From a virus: a stretch of DNA of 64,000 bases. The position numbers and the translations under genes were made by a program. Below the pieces are notes generated by a model. The model was not told the DNA's origin. It was given only the letters and a program-made list of their open reading frames with translations, and did no database searches. Positions within the stretch are counted from its first letter, which is position 1; every line of letters begins with the position of its first letter. The stretch spans positions 6,926 to 70,925 of IMG/VR virus record IMGVR_UViG_3300024999_000089; one strand, given 5' to 3'. Positions 41,055 through 52,192 of this stretch are shown one piece after another.

Positions 41055-42650
41055 ATGCCTGATCAAAACAATCTAAACAATAACCAAAACAACCAACAAA
41101 ACCTCTCCCCTACCCTATTCTCTTTAAAAAAATCATGGGAATCAGCTAAAAACTTTTCCTTATCAAGAATAGGTGTTTTATTTAAAAATAAACAAAAGAA
41201 ATTAAATAATGTAACTATTGATAAAATAAAATTATGGCTTGCTAATCCACAAAAATACCAAAATGAGATACTTGATTTATCAGATAATTTATATGCACCT
41301 GAAGGAATCTATAAAGTTTTAGTCAATTTAACTACAAATATGGCAACATTAGATAATTATCTTCAACCTGATTTTTACACAATGCAAAAATTAAAAGAAG
41401 AAATTAATAATCAAACTTCAAAAGAAATGTCTGAAGAAGAATCTCAAGAAGTAATAAATAAACTTTTAAAAAATTTTAATAATGAATTTAATACTGTTAG
41501 AAAATATATTGATAATATAGATATAAAGAAAACAGGACGTAGAATTATAGAAAGTTTGGTTAGATATGGTGCTTATTGTGGTTTTGAAAAGAATGACGGT
41601 AATTTTCCTTATCTATGGGATTTGCCTATAAAATATGTTAGATTATATTCGATAAAAAATGGACAATTTTCTGTTGAGTTTAACTTCAAATATTTTGAAG
41701 ATTTAAATTCAGATAATTCATTATCTGAATTTGCATGGAGTATTTATCCTGATGAATTTAAAATATTATATGATAGATATAAAACTAATTCAGATAGATT
41801 AAGATATCCAGAATGGCAACCTTTACCTAGTGATAAAGTATGTTGCATTAAATTAGGTGGAGATAATGATACTTTCTTTTTACCATTGTATAGTCAATTG
41901 TTTACTGAGTTATTTTTATTAAATGATTTAGTTGATGAAGAGATTGAAAGTTCTAGGGATCAAAAATTAAAAATGGTTTCCATTAATTTTCCAACAGATC
42001 AGGAAAGTGGCATACCTCTCGTAGAACCAGATGTTGTGTCATCTTGGGTTTCTACTGTCGCAGCAAATTTGCCCGACTCGGTCTGTGTGGTGGGGAGTCC
42101 TTATAAATTAGAAGAAATTTCTTTTAAAAGTGTACAAAATGAAAAAGAAAATTTGGCAGAATTTGCAAAATCAATGGCATATATGCAAGCTGGAGCAAAT
42201 CCTCTGCTGTTAGGAGGTTCTTCTACTAATTCCTCCGTAGGTATAACACAGAATTTAATATATATACAATCTGTTGTATTCTCAATGCTTGATAAGATTC
42301 AAAGTTGGTTTAATTATAGAATTTCCAATGTTAACCTTAGAAAGAAATATACTTTTAGATTAAATATATGGAAAACAACTTGGTATAATCAACAAGATAT
42401 TTTTGACAGAGAATATAAATTAACTTCTATCGGAGGATCATTAAACGTCATTAGTAGTATTAATGGACATAGTGTTGATGATTACAATGCTAGTCTTATA
42501 TATGAAAATTTAATTAAATCAAAAGAATTTTGGCGACCTCCTCTTAATATGAATCAAGGTTCAAATTTAGATGATATTGGAGGAAGACCAGAAGTAGATA
42601 ATCCTACTGACTCTGGAATTGTAACTCGTGATAAAGAAACCAATATGTAA
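41055..42650 (+). CDS. Portal protein
   Basis: 531 aa directly after terL; C-terminal GGRP motif common in portals. Confidence 0.8.
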   Translation: MPDQNNLNNNQNNQQNLSPTLFSLKKSWESAKNFSLSRIGVLFKNKQKKLNNVTIDKIKLWLANPQKYQNEILDLSDNLYAPEGIYKVLVNLTTNMATLDNYLQPDFYTMQKLKEEINNQTSKEMSEEESQEVINKLLKNFNNEFNTVRKYIDNIDIKKTGRRIIESLVRYGAYCGFEKNDGNFPYLWDLPIKYVRLYSIKNGQFSVEFNFKYFEDLNSDNSLSEFAWSIYPDEFKILYDRYKTNSDRLRYPEWQPLPSDKVCCIKLGGDNDTFFLPLYSQLFTELFLLNDLVDEEIESSRDQKLKMVSINFPTDQESGIPLVEPDVVSSWVSTVAANLPDSVCVVGSPYKLEEISFKSVQNEKENLAEFAKSMAYMQAGANPLLLGGSSTNSSVGITQNLIYIQSVVFSMLDKIQSWFNYRISNVNLRKKYTFRLNIWKTTWYNQQDIFDREYKLTSIGGSLNVISSINGHSVDDYNASLIYENLIKSKEFWRPPLNMNQGSNLDDIGGRPEVDNPTDSGIVTRDKETNM

Positions 42651-42660
42651 TAAATTTTTT

Positions 42661-42750
42661 GTGGCTAGGCAATGCAGACCGAAAAGGAGTTTCCCTACTC
42701 CCTGCCACTCATATAATTTTAGGGATTTTTATATGAAGGGAGATATAATA
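42661..42750 (+). ncRNA. Structured leader, copy A
   Basis: P1 GTGGC/GCCAC; P3 GGAGT/ACTCC with loop TTCCCT; AGGGA at 42721 and 42737. Confidence 0.65.
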
Positions 42751-44163
42751 ATGAGTAATAAACTTGATTTTAATGCAGTAAAAGATCGTATTTCAAAAAT
42801 AGGTTATGAATTAATTAGTAATAAATATGTAAAAATGAGAGCAGATTTGATAGTAAAAGATAAATATAATTATTATTATAAGGTAAGCTTAGAAGATTTA
42901 AGTGCTGGTGTAAAACCTAAATTTGTACATCCTGCAAATCCATATTCTATTTACAATATAAAATTATATTTAAAAAATAATAAAGATAATTTTATATTGT
43001 TATCTAATAAATATGAAAATGAAGATTCTAATTTAATTTTGTGTGACAATGAAGGATATTATTATTCTTTGACATGGAGAACACTTAAAAGGAGAAATAA
43101 ACATGTAATTGTTGGTGAAAATAATATATATTCAACAAAAAATATTGAATTATTTTTAAATAATAATTATCCGAATTTAAATTTACTAAATAAGTTTATA
43201 AATTATAAAGAAAAATTAATCTTTATAGATAATAACGGATATATTTATACAAGAACATGGAATGATCTAAAAAGATTAAATAATTTTCATATAGCAGATA
43301 AAAGTAATAAATATTCCATTCAAAACATTAAACTTTGGTGCAAACTTAATAATAAACCTTTTGAATTAATTAGTAATAAATATAATAATAATTTAGAATA
43401 TCTTAAATGGAAATGTTTAAAAGATGATTGTGAAGAGTATTTTAATTCATCTTGGAGTAATATTATGAGTGGTAATGGTTGCTCTTATTGTGCAGGTAAA
43501 AAAGTTGGTCTTTCTAATTGTTTAGCAACTAAATATCCTGAAATTGCATCTGAATGGCATCCTATACTCAATGGGAATTTAACTCCTTACGATGTAACAT
43601 ATGGTAGTGAAAAATATATTTATTGGAAATGTAAAGATTGTGGTCATGAATGGAAAGTAACACCAAATAATAGAACTGCTTCCGGCACTAGTTGTCCTGA
43701 ATGTAATAAATCTAAAGGCGAAAAAGAATGTAAAAGAGTTCTTATGTCTAAAGATTTAATGGAAATATTATATGAAGAATATGAAATATTATCAGATATA
43801 GAAAAGAACAATAATATATATTTTATTCCACAAATGAAATTTGATAGATTGCTAGGTTTGGGAGGTTGTTTACTATCCTATGATTTTTATATACCAAAAT
43901 TAAATTTAATTATAGAGTATGATGGCGAATATCACTATATGCCAATTAGAAAATATAAAAATAAACCAATGAAAGATGCAGAAGAAAGATTTATAAAGCA
44001 ATAAATACACGACCAACTAAAAAATGAATATTGTAAGAAACACAATATAAAACTTATCCGTATACCATATTGGGATTTTGATAATATAGAATCTATTCTT
44101 TCTAAAGAATTAAATATTAAATCAAATAAATTACAAAAAAGTATCATAATTTATAGGATGTGA
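42751..44163 (+). pseudogene. Zinc-ribbon PD-(D/E)xK (DUF559/Vsr-like) endonuclease with a premature TAA
   Basis: CSYC, EWHP...WKCKDCGHEW, CPEC, SKGE, YDFY...IEYDGEYH; after TAA 44002-44004 the frame continues IHDQLKNEYCKKHNIKLIRIPYW. Confidence 0.8.
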
Positions 44164-44168
44164 TAAAT

Positions 44169-44336
44169 ATTAAAACTATTTATTGTTACGATGAAGTATA
44201 TAAAGAGCAATTAATAAAAGAAGGTTTTAAATTAATGTCTTTCCAAATTATTGATAATAAACCTTGCTGGTTATTTGAAAATAATAAAAATATTAATTTT
44301 AGTAGAAAGACTAATATAAAACATATTTATTTTTAA
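44169..44336 (+). CDS. Small protein between portal and scaffold (ATT start, not in the ORF track)
   Basis: IKTIYCYDEVYKEQLIKEGFKL...WLFEN; AGGATGTGA upstream. Confidence 0.5.
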   Translation: MKTIYCYDEVYKEQLIKEGFKLMSFQIIDNKPCWLFENNKNINFSRKTNIKHIYF

Positions 44337-44359
44337 TTAATTAAAGGAGGTGAAATAAT

Positions 44360-46057
44360 TTGGAATATAAAATAAATACAAGTATACCAATTAATTTTGA
44401 AATGATTGAAGAAATACCAGATAGTAGATTTTTAAAAGTTAAGATATGGCTTTGCCATACAGGTGAAAATTTAAATGGCAGTTATTTTAGCAAAGAATTG
44501 CTTGAAACAATGAAAAATGAATCTTTATCCAATATACCAATTTTAGGTTATATATCTATTGATAATTTAAATGAATCAGATTTTTTAGGGCATGAAGAAA
44601 GAATTATAATACAAAATGGTGAAATAAAAATTGAATATGTTGGTAAAATTTATGGTTTAATACCAGAAACAAATAATGCTCAGTTTGAGTTTAAATTATG
44701 TGATGATGGTATAGAAAGAGAATTCTTAACTTGTGAAGGATTGCTTTATACTAGATTTCCAGAATGTATTGATATATTTAACAGAGATGAATCAAAAAGT
44801 CAATCAATGGAATTAGAACCTGATTCTATTTCTGGAAAATTTGAAATTGATAATTTATTCCATTTTGAAACAGCTAAATTTGAGGGAGCTTGTATTTTGG
44901 GTGATACTTTAACACCAGCAATGGTTAATTCAACAATTGAAAAATTTAGTATTAAAAATATTAAAATTCAATTGCAAGAAATGATAGTTGAACTCAATAA
45001 TACAGTTTTTAATAAAAATAATCAAGAAGGAGGTACAGAAATATTGGATGCAAAATTTGAACTAATAAAAAATTATGATAATTTAACTGAAGAAGATGTT
45101 TTAGATTTAAAAACAAATCATGAACAATATTCATTAGAAGAATTTGAAGCAAAATTAAAAGAACTATCAGAAGCGAAAAATATTCCACCAACTGATTTTG
45201 CTTTAACTGCTGAACAATTAAATGATGAAGTAAGAAAGGTTTTAAGAAATAGAAGGGTTATTTCAGAAGATTGGTGGGGTGATGAATACTCAGAAAACGA
45301 ATTCTACTATAGAGATATTAAAGATAATTTAGTTATAGTCATTGATAATTCTTGGGAAAATTATTATGGAATACCATATATGGTCGATGGAGATACAGTG
45401 ACAATTGATTTTGAAAATAAAATTGCATATATGTATGATTGGAGACCTAGAGTAGATGGTGAGGTTGTAGATAATTTTGCCAAACAGGAATTTGAGGAAA
45501 AATTAAAAGTATTTACTGATAAAGCAACTGAAAAAGTTAAATCTGAAGTTATTGCCGAATATGAAGTAAAAATTACTGAATTTAATTCCAAAATTGAAGA
45601 ATTAAATTCAGATTCACAAGATACCATTTTAGTTGAATTTGAAAATCTTAAATCTAAAGTAACAGAATATGAAAATAATATTTCTACTTTGACTGAACAA
45701 TTCAATTCTTTAAAAACAGAAAATGAAACACTTACTCAAACTAATACTTCCCTTCAAGAATTTAGAACAAATATTGAACAACAACAACAAGAAGCATTTG
45801 AAGCACAACAATTACAACTTAAAGCAGAATTAATTGAAAATTTCTCAAAAGTATTATCTATTGAGGAAATTAAATCAATAGAAGAGAAAAATTTATCTAT
45901 AGAAGATATGGATAAAGAATTTAAAATTATGTATGCTTCAAAAGAATTATCTGCAAAATTTGCAAAGAAAACTAAAAAAACTGATACAGAGATTCCAATT
46001 TTTAATTTTTCACTTAAGAAAAAAGAAGATTGGACTTCATTAATACCTAAGAAATAA
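44360..46057 (+). CDS. Prohead protease/scaffold protein
   Basis: CHTGENLNGS, SQSME and ACILG in the N-domain; acidic coiled-coil C-terminus; between portal and capsid. Confidence 0.75.
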   Translation: MEYKINTSIPINFEMIEEIPDSRFLKVKIWLCHTGENLNGSYFSKELLETMKNESLSNIPILGYISIDNLNESDFLGHEERIIIQNGEIKIEYVGKIYGLIPETNNAQFEFKLCDDGIEREFLTCEGLLYTRFPECIDIFNRDESKSQSMELEPDSISGKFEIDNLFHFETAKFEGACILGDTLTPAMVNSTIEKFSIKNIKIQLQEMIVELNNTVFNKNNQEGGTEILDAKFELIKNYDNLTEEDVLDLKTNHEQYSLEEFEAKLKELSEAKNIPPTDFALTAEQLNDEVRKVLRNRRVISEDWWGDEYSENEFYYRDIKDNLVIVIDNSWENYYGIPYMVDGDTVTIDFENKIAYMYDWRPRVDGEVVDNFAKQEFEEKLKVFTDKATEKVKSEVIAEYEVKITEFNSKIEELNSDSQDTILVEFENLKSKVTEYENNISTLTEQFNSLKTENETLTQTNTSLQEFRTNIEQQQQEAFEAQQLQLKAELIENFSKVLSIEEIKSIEEKNLSIEDMDKEFKIMYASKELSAKFAKKTKKTDTEIPIFNFSLKKKEDWTSLIPKK

Positions 46058-46094
46058 TAAAATAATAAAATTAAATTTAAGGAGGAATTGATTT

Positions 46095-46646
46095 ATGGCT
46101 AATGTAAACAATGTAGTAACTGGTAGATATGGTATTGTAAATCTTCGTAAAGTAGCAGGTGTAAAAACAGGTGAACATAATATTCAATATGCTTTAAATG
46201 CAACTGATTTTGCTGCTACTGCTTGTCAAAATGGTTTTCTTTTAGAAGAAGAGCATTATACAAAAACTCTTGGTTTACCTGGTGCTGCAACTACTAGGGT
46301 TGGTTTAGTTGCATGTGTAGAAAAAATGTATGATGAAAGTGATATGTCTTTAGGTAATTTTAGATTAAATTTAAATGAATTTTTACCTAGAATTTATCGT
46401 TTGCAAATAGGTGACATGTTTGATACCAATAACTTTAAGTATGATGATGGAGATTATGCTAATTATGCTGCTATTGTAACTGCTATCACTGCTGGTACTA
46501 CTGTATATGCATATCCTTCCACTAATGGTCAGATTGAATTAGAACCTATTCAAAATGCTAACGCAGCAATTGAATTACAAGCAACTAGAGTTGTAACTTT
46601 ACCTGCTGGTGAGGCTGGATTAATGTTTGTCTGCACAAAAAGTTAA
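46095..46646 (+). CDS. Head decoration/minor capsid protein (putative)
   Basis: Position before the capsid gene; strong RBS. Confidence 0.6.
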   Translation: MANVNNVVTGRYGIVNLRKVAGVKTGEHNIQYALNATDFAATACQNGFLLEEEHYTKTLGLPGAATTRVGLVACVEKMYDESDMSLGNFRLNLNEFLPRIYRLQIGDMFDTNNFKYDDGDYANYAAIVTAITAGTTVYAYPSTNGQIELEPIQNANAAIELQATRVVTLPAGEAGLMFVCTKS

Positions 46647-46696
46647 GTAGTAATAAATTATAAATATAATAATATTAAAGGAGGAATAATTATATT

Positions 46697-47698
46697 ATGG
46701 AAAGAAAATACTTCGAGTTATCAATGGCTACATATAATAGAAATGATTCAGTAGTTGATGGTGTTACATATACTTCTGCTGAAAAAAATGAAGCATTGAG
46801 AAATGCTTTTAAAGATTTAGTACCTGATGGTAAAAATAGATATAAGAGTTTCAGGAAAAACAAGAATGAGATTTTTGAATTAGTTGAAGAAAATGTTGAT
46901 GAAATTCTGCCAAAAAGAGTTGATGATGCTTATGGTGGTTTTGTTGAGTATCAGATTTTAGATCAAGGACAAAAACCTAAATTTAAGACTAAGAAAGGTA
47001 AAAGAGGTTTACTTAACTTTATTACCAAAGTTGGTTTGGGTGGTGTAATTGAAAGAACAAGATTAGATGTTGATTATATTAATATGACTATGGAAGCATA
47101 CGGCGGTGCAGTTTATGTCGAATTTGAGCGTTTTTTAGACGGCGTTGTGGACTGGACTGATTTAATTAATGCTATCGTAGATGGTATTATGGAAAAAATC
47201 AATCTTCAAATTCAAACTACTTTAATTGCTTCATTCACTGGTTTATCTGCTAATATGAAAGTACAAGCTAATTCTTTTGTTCCTAGTCAAATGGGACAAT
47301 TAATTACTAATGTACAATCTTATGGTGATAATGTAGTTATTTTCTGCACTCCTACTTTTGCAGGTACTATTGAAGAAACTCCTGGATTTGTGAGTGATAT
47401 GGATAGAACTGAACGCAGAGAATTTGGTAGAATTGGTAAATTTAGAGGTGCTAGTGTTATTGTATTACCTAACGCTTTTGCTGATGATACTAATAATAGT
47501 AAAGTATTAAGTGATCAATATGCTATTATTGTTGCAACAAATGAGAGTAAAATTGTTAAAGTGGCATTTGAGGGAGAGACAATTGTTAGGGAAACTGAAA
47601 ACGCAGATATGAGTATAGATTTCGAATCATATCGCAAATTTGGCTTAACCATTGTTTACTCCAATTACTATTGCATGTATAAAAATGTCTCGCTCTAA
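46697..47698 (+). CDS. Major capsid protein
   Basis: 333 aa, position, strong RBS, GRIGKFRGASVIVLPN segment typical of HK97-fold capsids. Confidence 0.8.
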   Translation: MERKYFELSMATYNRNDSVVDGVTYTSAEKNEALRNAFKDLVPDGKNRYKSFRKNKNEIFELVEENVDEILPKRVDDAYGGFVEYQILDQGQKPKFKTKKGKRGLLNFITKVGLGGVIERTRLDVDYINMTMEAYGGAVYVEFERFLDGVVDWTDLINAIVDGIMEKINLQIQTTLIASFTGLSANMKVQANSFVPSQMGQLITNVQSYGDNVVIFCTPTFAGTIEETPGFVSDMDRTERREFGRIGKFRGASVIVLPNAFADDTNNSKVLSDQYAIIVATNESKIVKVAFEGETIVRETENADMSIDFESYRKFGLTIVYSNYYCMYKNVSL

Positions 47699-47708
47699 GG
47701 ATTATTTT

Positions 47709-47823
47709 AAAATAAAAATAGGACAAATAGCGCAATTTGTCTGATAAGAGGGTATCCTTTCTACCCTCTTTTTTATTTTTTAAAATTTGAAAGGTTAATT
47801 GCAATCATAGAAAGGGTGATAAA
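47709..47823 (+). ncRNA. Structured leader, copy B
   Basis: P2 GACAAAT/ATTTGTC, TGATAA junction, P3 GAGGGTA/TACCCTC with loop TCCTTTC; GAAAGG at 47789 and 47810. Confidence 0.7.
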
Positions 47824-48759
47824 TTGTAACAAATTAATTCGCAGATTATTACAAATAATATAAATTATTCAGGTATTTATTTAATTATCAATCTACAAAA
47901 TAATAAATTTTATGTTGGTAGTGCGAAAAAACTATATGGAAGAAAGATGGAACATTTGTATTTATTGCGTAAAAATAAACATGCAAATACATATCTTCAA
48001 AATTCATATAATAAAAATGGTGAAGAAAATTTTACATTTGTAGTAATTGAAATAATTGAAGATGAAAATAAATTAACAGAAAGAGAACAATATTGGATAG
48101 ACACATTAGATGCTACAAATAAAGAAATAGCTTATAATATTTGTCCAACTGCTAATAGTATGTTAGGTTATAAACATTCTGAAGATACTATAAATAAGTT
48201 AAAAAAATATAAAGGTGAATTATCTCCTTTTTATGGTAAAAACCATACTGATGAAGCAAAAAATAAAATATCTATAAAAAATAGCAATCCATCTGATGAA
48301 ACAAGAGAAAAACATCGTCAAGTAGCACTGAATCAATCACCAGAAACAAGACAAAAAATTGCCGAATCTAAATATAAATCAGTTATTCAATTAACTCTTG
48401 AAGGTGAATTTGTAAAAAAATGGATTAGTATTAAAGAAATATGTAATACATTATGGTTTGATCAACCACATATTTCTACATGTTGTGCTAATAAAAATAA
48501 TGTAAAACAACACAAAGGATTTATATGGATATGGGAAAATAATTATAAAGATTTTGATATTAATAATTATAAAAGACCATATAAAAATAACAAAGGTAAA
48601 ATTACTTTACAATATGATTTAGATGGCAATTTTATTAAAGAATGGTTAAATGCCAAAACAGCATCTAGGGAATTAGGATTGGAATACATATCAATAACTG
48701 AATGTTGCACAGGTAAAATTAAAAAATCTCAAGGTTTCATTTGGAAATATGTATCATAA
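47824..48759 (+). pseudogene. GIY-YIG endonuclease with NUMOD-type C-terminal modules; codon 2 is TAA
   Basis: SGIY...FYVGS...R lies in frame upstream of the annotated ATG 47947; the RBS-linked TTG at 47824 is followed directly by TAA. Confidence 0.75.
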
Positions 48760-48814
48760 CAAAAACATAAAACAACAAAATAAAATATTAAAATAAAAGG
48801 AATGATTTATTCTT

Positions 48815-49336
48815 ATGGCAAAAACAACTCAATCAAAAAATCAATCAAACGAATTTAACACAATTGATCCAGATAGGAAGGTTAGAATCATAAACAATTC
48901 TAATTCTAAAATCTATTGGACTCAATTAAATGGTAGACCTATTAATTTAATGAAAATTGCTGCTCCTGCTTCATTGCCTTATGTAGAATTGGAAAATATG
49001 GCTTATACTAGTGATTTAATTCAAACAGGAGATATTTATGTCCCTGATAAAGATGTATTCGATGCTTTAGGAATTATAAGTTTAAAACATGAAGATATAA
49101 AACTACATTCTGAATTAAAACGTATGTTAGCAAATTTAGAAGCAGAAGAATTGAAAGAAGAAATTTCTAAACTTCCAGATGGTAATAAGGAATTATTAGC
49201 TGAATTAGCAATTGTTGATTATGATAATTTAAGAGGATCTGTTGTTAATACCATTGAGAATGAAACAAAAGTAAAAATTTCTCTTATAAAAGAAGATGAA
49301 AAAGCAAATAAACAAAATCAAGAAAAGAATAAATAA
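48815..49336 (+). CDS. Virion morphogenesis protein
   Basis: Late-operon position. Confidence 0.6.
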   Translation: MAKTTQSKNQSNEFNTIDPDRKVRIINNSNSKIYWTQLNGRPINLMKIAAPASLPYVELENMAYTSDLIQTGDIYVPDKDVFDALGIISLKHEDIKLHSELKRMLANLEAEELKEEISKLPDGNKELLAELAIVDYDNLRGSVVNTIENETKVKISLIKEDEKANKQNQEKNK

Positions 49337-49363
49337 AATAAATAATGAAAGTAGTTTGATACT

Positions 49364-49801
49364 ATGACTATTTCTTATGATTTAATTTTTCAGAAGTTTA
49401 TGCATGAAATTAATGATTTTGATTTAACGTCTTTAAATGAAGAACAAATGTTAATAGAAAATAAATTAACTCTATCTAAAGCAGTGTCTTTATTTAAAAA
49501 ATGTAAGCAATCATTAATTAGAGATGATGAAGATGAAGAATTCATAAATGACTTAACAGAAGAAGAACAATGGATATTAGCAGATTATATGAGAAAAGTT
49601 TGGTTAGATGAAAAAATAAATAATGGTGAATTATTAAAATTGAGATTAACAGATAAAGATTTTAAAACTTTTAGTCCTGCTGATTTATTAGGAACTATGA
49701 GTAAATTAAAATCAATTTATGATAAAGAATTAAAATTAAAAGTTAATGATTATCTATATGATGGTTATTTATACTCTAAGTTTTATAAATCAGGTGGTTA
49801 G
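49364..49801 (+). CDS. Head-tail adaptor (putative)
   Basis: Size, helical character and position. Confidence 0.55.
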   Translation: MTISYDLIFQKFMHEINDFDLTSLNEEQMLIENKLTLSKAVSLFKKCKQSLIRDDEDEEFINDLTEEEQWILADYMRKVWLDEKINNGELLKLRLTDKDFKTFSPADLLGTMSKLKSIYDKELKLKVNDYLYDGYLYSKFYKSGG

Positions 49802-49833
49802 GAGTGATTATATTTTAGAAGGGAGATTATATT

Positions 49834-50463
49834 ATGACAGAATTTAATTTTAAAACAGTTAGTGAAAATTCAATAACAAGTGATATTGTACAAGGAACAA
49901 TTAAATCAAAGATTAAATTGTTACCATTAGCTTCTGCTGCTATTTCAGGTGTTGATTTCCATAAGTTATTTGCAATTGGTGATGTAACAGGAACAACAGC
50001 TTATGGATTTGGTGATCCAACAAAACCGACTACAGGTATTATGGGCAGTTTTGGTAGAACAGCTATTGCAACAGGAACTCCAACTGATACAGGTTTAGAT
50101 ATTAGAGTTATAAATAAACTTGTAAATACAGGAGCGAATACAATTCAAGGTGCCTATATTAAGGCAAAAAATTATACTGGTGGAACAGTAGGTATAGTTA
50201 AAGGTTTATTTGTAGAAGTGGTTAATGATGGAACTGCAACAACTGTATTAGGTATTGAAATAGGTTCTGATGGTACTGCACCTACAGCAGATGTTAAATT
50301 TAGCAATGGTGCATATTTAGTTGCTTTATCAACTGCAATTACAGTAAATGTAACTACTACAACTGCTCCTGCTGGGTCTCTTGGATTTACAACTAACGCA
50401 ACAGGTTTAGGGAAATTGTTTATGTCTGATGGTTCAAAATGGCAATACGCAGTAGTAGCATAA
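49834..50463 (+). CDS. Gly/Thr-rich virion protein (possible head fibre)
   Basis: C-terminal APAGSLGF...LFMSDGSKW fibre-like motif. Confidence 0.5.
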   Translation: MTEFNFKTVSENSITSDIVQGTIKSKIKLLPLASAAISGVDFHKLFAIGDVTGTTAYGFGDPTKPTTGIMGSFGRTAIATGTPTDTGLDIRVINKLVNTGANTIQGAYIKAKNYTGGTVGIVKGLFVEVVNDGTATTVLGIEIGSDGTAPTADVKFSNGAYLVALSTAITVNVTTTTAPAGSLGFTTNATGLGKLFMSDGSKWQYAVVA

Positions 50464-50488
50464 TATAATTTTGGAGGATTAAAGTTTA

Positions 50489-50653
50489 ATGACAATTGAA
50501 ACTTTAAATGAACGTATACAATTGCTACTTGCTCAAAAACAAGATGCAACTGATAGGATTAATCAAGCAATGTCAGATTTAAACGCAATTAATGGTGCAA
50601 TTCAAGAAGTTAATTTTTGGACTGATTATATAAATAAATTAAAGGAGGAATAA
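50489..50653 (+). CDS. Small coiled-coil protein (54 aa, not in the ORF track)
   Basis: GGAGG RBS; MTIETLNERIQLL...NAINGAIQEV. Confidence 0.65.
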   Translation: MTIETLNERIQLLLAQKQDATDRINQAMSDLNAINGAIQEVNFWTDYINKLKEE

Positions 50654-50658
50654 TTATT

Positions 50659-50937
50659 ATGGCAAACGTAACTGGGTATGTAAGCAAGGAACTGACTGCA
50701 AACATTTTAGAACAAAATGTTACTCTTAATGTGAATGAATTTTATCTTATTAACAATATTTCTGCAAACATAGTTACAATTAATTTAGACAATACCTGTA
50801 CAGAAGATGGAGCAATTAAGTTAGCTGCTGGTCAAAGTATTGAAAATTTTAAAGAGTATTGTAAAGTATTATATTACAAAGCAGCAGCAGATGCATCAAC
50901 ATTACAAATTATCGCAAAGAGAGAAAAATCTTATTAA
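50659..50937 (+). CDS. Small beta-rich virion protein
   Basis: AAAGGAGG RBS; followed by a terminator at about 50944-50968. Confidence 0.65.
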   Translation: MANVTGYVSKELTANILEQNVTLNVNEFYLINNISANIVTINLDNTCTEDGAIKLAAGQSIENFKEYCKVLYYKAAADASTLQIIAKREKSY

Positions 50938-51008
50938 TTTAAAAGGGAGTGAAACATCTCCCTTTTTATAACTTGTAGAGTTTTAAAATTTAAGGAGTTG
51001 ATATTTTA

Positions 51009-52181
51009 TTGACTTGGTGGAATGATTATCAAGCAAGACGAGGTTTAGATAGAAAAACTTTATATGTTAACAATATGAAAAATACAATATCAACTGAATT
51101 TAAAAATTCTACAAGTTATAATTTAGTTAAAATTAATAATGTTGATAGAGATGTTCGTATTGTTGAAGAAAATTCAATTATAAAAAATCCAAATAAAAAG
51201 AGATTATTATGCTATCCAGATGAAACTATAAGTGTTGGGAATATTATTTTATGGAATAGTGAAAATTGGATATGTACTGAAACAGATAATACTTCAGAAG
51301 TTTCAGATGTTGGATTAATTAGTAGGTGTAATAATGTATTAAAGTTTTATGATAAAACCCAAAACAACATCCTATACAATATCCCTTGTATAATCGTTGA
51401 TAAAATTACTACAGATTTACAAGAAAATAAATTTTTACTAACAATTGATTGTGACATACTAGTTATAATTGCAAACAATGATATTAACAATTTAATCTCT
51501 CCTAATGAAATTTTCAAAATTGGTAGATATAGTTATTACATCACAAAACCAGACGATGTAACCAAACCAGGATTGATCATACTACCAATGAAATTTACTG
51601 AAGAAATGCAGGAAGAGCATTTATATACTTTAGAGATTTTGAATGGAAATTCTGTAGATGTTCAAATTTCTACTGAATTACAATTAAATATTAATGTGTA
51701 CGATAATGGAACACTTATCTCCCCTCTTCCATCTTTAATACTTACAAACAGTGATGAAACAATATGTAATGTTGATGAAAATGGTTTAATAACTACTAAT
51801 GATATTGTTGATAATTGTAATATTACTGTTAGTTTAGAGAGTGATAATAGTGTTTTTGATATTATTAATATAAATGTAATTGAAAATGTTCAGAATAACA
51901 TAACTTACAGTTTAACTTCGGAAAGTTTACCTGACAATGAGATTATTTTAACGCAAACTAAAGTTTATGAAGTTAATAAATATAATAATGGAAATTTAGT
52001 TGAACAAACATTTACATTTAGTATAATTGGTGATTTAAGTGCTTATCAATTAGTTGTTTTAGATGGTAATAGTTGTAGTGTTAAAGCATTGAAAAGTGGT
52101 AGTGTTATTATTTTGAAAGCAATTGATGATAGTAATGGTGAAATTGTTTTGAAGGATATTAGATTGAAGAATTTATTCTAG
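51009..52181 (+). CDS. Head-closure/neck protein with C-terminal Ig-like domains (putative)
   Basis: Position; SDETICNVDENGLIT resembles the Big_2 motif. Confidence 0.6.
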   Translation: MTWWNDYQARRGLDRKTLYVNNMKNTISTEFKNSTSYNLVKINNVDRDVRIVEENSIIKNPNKKRLLCYPDETISVGNIILWNSENWICTETDNTSEVSDVGLISRCNNVLKFYDKTQNNILYNIPCIIVDKITTDLQENKFLLTIDCDILVIIANNDINNLISPNEIFKIGRYSYYITKPDDVTKPGLIILPMKFTEEMQEEHLYTLEILNGNSVDVQISTELQLNINVYDNGTLISPLPSLILTNSDETICNVDENGLITTNDIVDNCNITVSLESDNSVFDIININVIENVQNNITYSLTSESLPDNEIILTQTKVYEVNKYNNGNLVEQTFTFSIIGDLSAYQLVVLDGNSCSVKALKSGSVIILKAIDDSNGEIVLKDIRLKNLF

Positions 52182-52192
52182 GAAGTGTTAAA

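Noticed and set aside
42628-42750. N-terminal extension of the 42628 ORF
   Set aside because: It overlaps the portal stop and leader A; the SD supports ATG 42751
47722-47768. Hammerhead ribozyme suggested by CTGATAAG between two stems
   Set aside because: The core needs CUGAnGA plus GAAA after stem II; GAAA is missing at that position in all four leaders
44002-47829. Genome-wide TAA stop-codon reassignment
   Set aside because: Most genes end normally in TAA and long essential ORFs are uninterrupted under code 11
42651-48759. Group I introns hosting the endonucleases
   Set aside because: The flanking portal, scaffold and capsid genes look complete, and no P7-type intron core was recognisable
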